64,000 nucleotides of DNA from Eledone cirrhosa (lineage: Eukaryota). The stretch is taken from the NCBI GenBank assembly GCA_964016885.1, contig OZ024759.1:21700001-21764000 (forward strand), read 5' to 3'. The position numbers were made by a program, and so were the translations under genes. The notes beneath the pieces are model-generated. The model was not told where the DNA came from and made no database searches. It was given only the letters and a program-made list of their open reading frames with translations. Shown one piece after another: positions 60,685 to 64,000 of the stretch. The stretch's first letter is position 1. Each line of letters starts with the position of its first letter.

Positions 60685-60853
60685 GCATATATCTGTACAT
60701 GTATTTACACACGAAAGTCTGAAATTCTCCATGAATGTTATGCATGCCCCTACCCAAGATGTAGCTTTTGAATATTTTACCTGAAACGTGAGTCTAAACG
60801 TAAAAGGATGCATAGAAACATACACAGGAAGGTATATGTTGCTCATAATTAAG

Positions 60854-60914
<61 letters not shown>

Positions 60915-60944
60915 GTGTGTGTGTGTGTGTCTGTGTGTCTGTGA

Positions 60945-61100
60945 GTCACGGGTTCAATCAAGGGTAAGCACAGTAAGTAAGGTACTCAATATATTAGCAG
61001 AGTGTATACAACAAATTTAATGTAGAAAAGGCTTTATACAAGACTAGAACTCTTTCTTTCAAATGAAACAGTTCTAGTCTTGTTGAGGCCATTTCTATAT
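60945..61100 (-). mobile_element. Short element (family of 41605-41720) with an imperfect fold-back at 61020-61100
   Basis: ACAAGACTAGAACT and AGTTCTAGTCTTGT arms; GGTACTCAA..GCAGAG motif. Confidence 0.65.
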
Positions 61101-61223
61101 AAAATATGTATATATATGTATGTATATATACATTAGAAAGTGTGTATATATATATATAGATATAAATAGATATATACACACAAATGTATATCTATTATAT
61201 AATTATACATATATATATATATA

Positions 61224-61344
61224 TAAAAGTCAGAGCTCGACGGCTGAGCTTTTGGCGTTTTAAACTGCTAATTCCAGACTCCTATTTAGAGTTAGATATC
61301 GAATAAGGTCTCGAAACGGCAAGCGCTCAGCCATCGGTCTCTGA

Positions 61345-61350
<6 letters not shown>
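61224..61350. repeat. Insert with imperfect terminal inverted repeats of about 38 bp, both abutting (TA)n
   Basis: TAAAAGTCAGAG..GGCTGAGC and GCTCAGCC..CTCTGACTTTTA; about 7 mismatches. Confidence 0.85.
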
Positions 61351-61393
<43 letters not shown>

Positions 61394-61462
61394 TTGGGTG
61401 TATATATCTATTTATATCTATATATATATACACACATACGAATATATATATATGTGTGTGTA

Positions 61463-61545
<83 letters not shown>

Positions 61546-61757
61546 GATGTGGATGTGTTTTGTTTGAATGTAATGTCATATATTATTACCAGTATTATTC
61601 CCAGCAAGATCCTTTCTTTCTCTCCTCAAAATATTTCTTTATTTATTCCTGTTCACTGAATCTTATCAAGAATATATATTAAAAACGTTGGTGTTTTTGT
61701 TTCATTAATGAATCAGTGACGGCGCACGCACGCACATATATGCATACACTTATAAGT

Positions 61758-61813
<56 letters not shown>

Positions 61814-61973
61814 TTCTCCTGTATAATACAGAGATGTGTATATCTATAAGTTATACATTATCTTAGCTCAGTGTGCGTCTACAGTTTGTCCTACCCACCT
61901 TACAACATAACAAACAATAGAGAAATCAAACACACTCACCATCACACATACATATATATATATATATATATGT

Positions 61974-62027
<54 letters not shown>

Positions 62028-62143
62028 GTGTGTGTACATATATATATGTATGTATGTTATATGCATATCTCTCTAAGACTTTAAGTTATATCTATAAAAA
62101 TTTCAACAAATAAATGATTATACAGACACACACACGCACACAC

Positions 62144-62228
<85 letters not shown>

Positions 62229-62632
62229 GAGAGAGAGAGGGGGAGACTGAAAGAGAGAGAGAGAGAGAGGGAGAGATAGAGATAGAGAGAAAGAGGGAGT
62301 GAGTGAGTGAGAGAGAGGTTTCTGTGTATACATATACTTTATATATATTTATTTGAAATATAAGATTTTAATTTTTTCAGCATTGAAAAAAATGTTTTGA
62401 GATTTCTAATAAAAATATCAAGTTTGTTTAGAAAAGTTATCTTTTGACTTTAAACTGGGTACTGCGTACTACACACACACACACACACACACACACTGAT
62501 ATATGTACAAACACATACATTCACGTACATATATATACACACAGAGGTTGTGAATGTTTATTCAACTTCTCACATACAATGTATATATACAAACACACAC
62601 TCTCTGTCTCTCTCTCACACACACACACACTC

Positions 62633-64000
<1,368 letters not shown>

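Noticed and set aside
60775-60790. Possible recursive splice site TTTCAG|GTAAAA on the minus strand
   Set aside because: The donor is weak and such motifs are expected by chance.

Overview
AT-rich, repeat-saturated animal genomic DNA. The SINE families and microsatellite load resemble what I recall of octopus (coleoid cephalopod) genomes; this is an inference, not a database result. No complete protein-coding gene is visible, and almost all listed ORFs are translations of (TA)n, (CA)n or trinucleotide microsatellites. Supported content: kilobase (TA)n arrays; many tRNA-type SINE copies, some with target-site duplications (TSDs); 5'-truncated RTE-type LINE ends; a Penelope-like element (PLE) 3' end with a GIY-YIG C-terminus; hAT and Tc1/mariner MITEs; a decayed Tc1/mariner transposase fragment; several minisatellites; and a triplicated composite satellite at 44.7-53.5 kb. 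Two well-formed minus-strand exon candidates (33563-33637, 14931-15033) suggest much of the window is intronic. The most striking pattern is at least nine fold-back hairpins (17-63 bp arms) at the edges of (TA)n tracts. Most lie in short inserts that share a GTACTCAA..GCAG motif or hammerhead-like fragments (probably PLE 3' ends). One caps the 5' truncation of an RTE LINE and another folds back ordinary-looking flank, which hints at a general snap-back joining process at (TA)n breaks. Boundaries of degenerate repeats are approximate.
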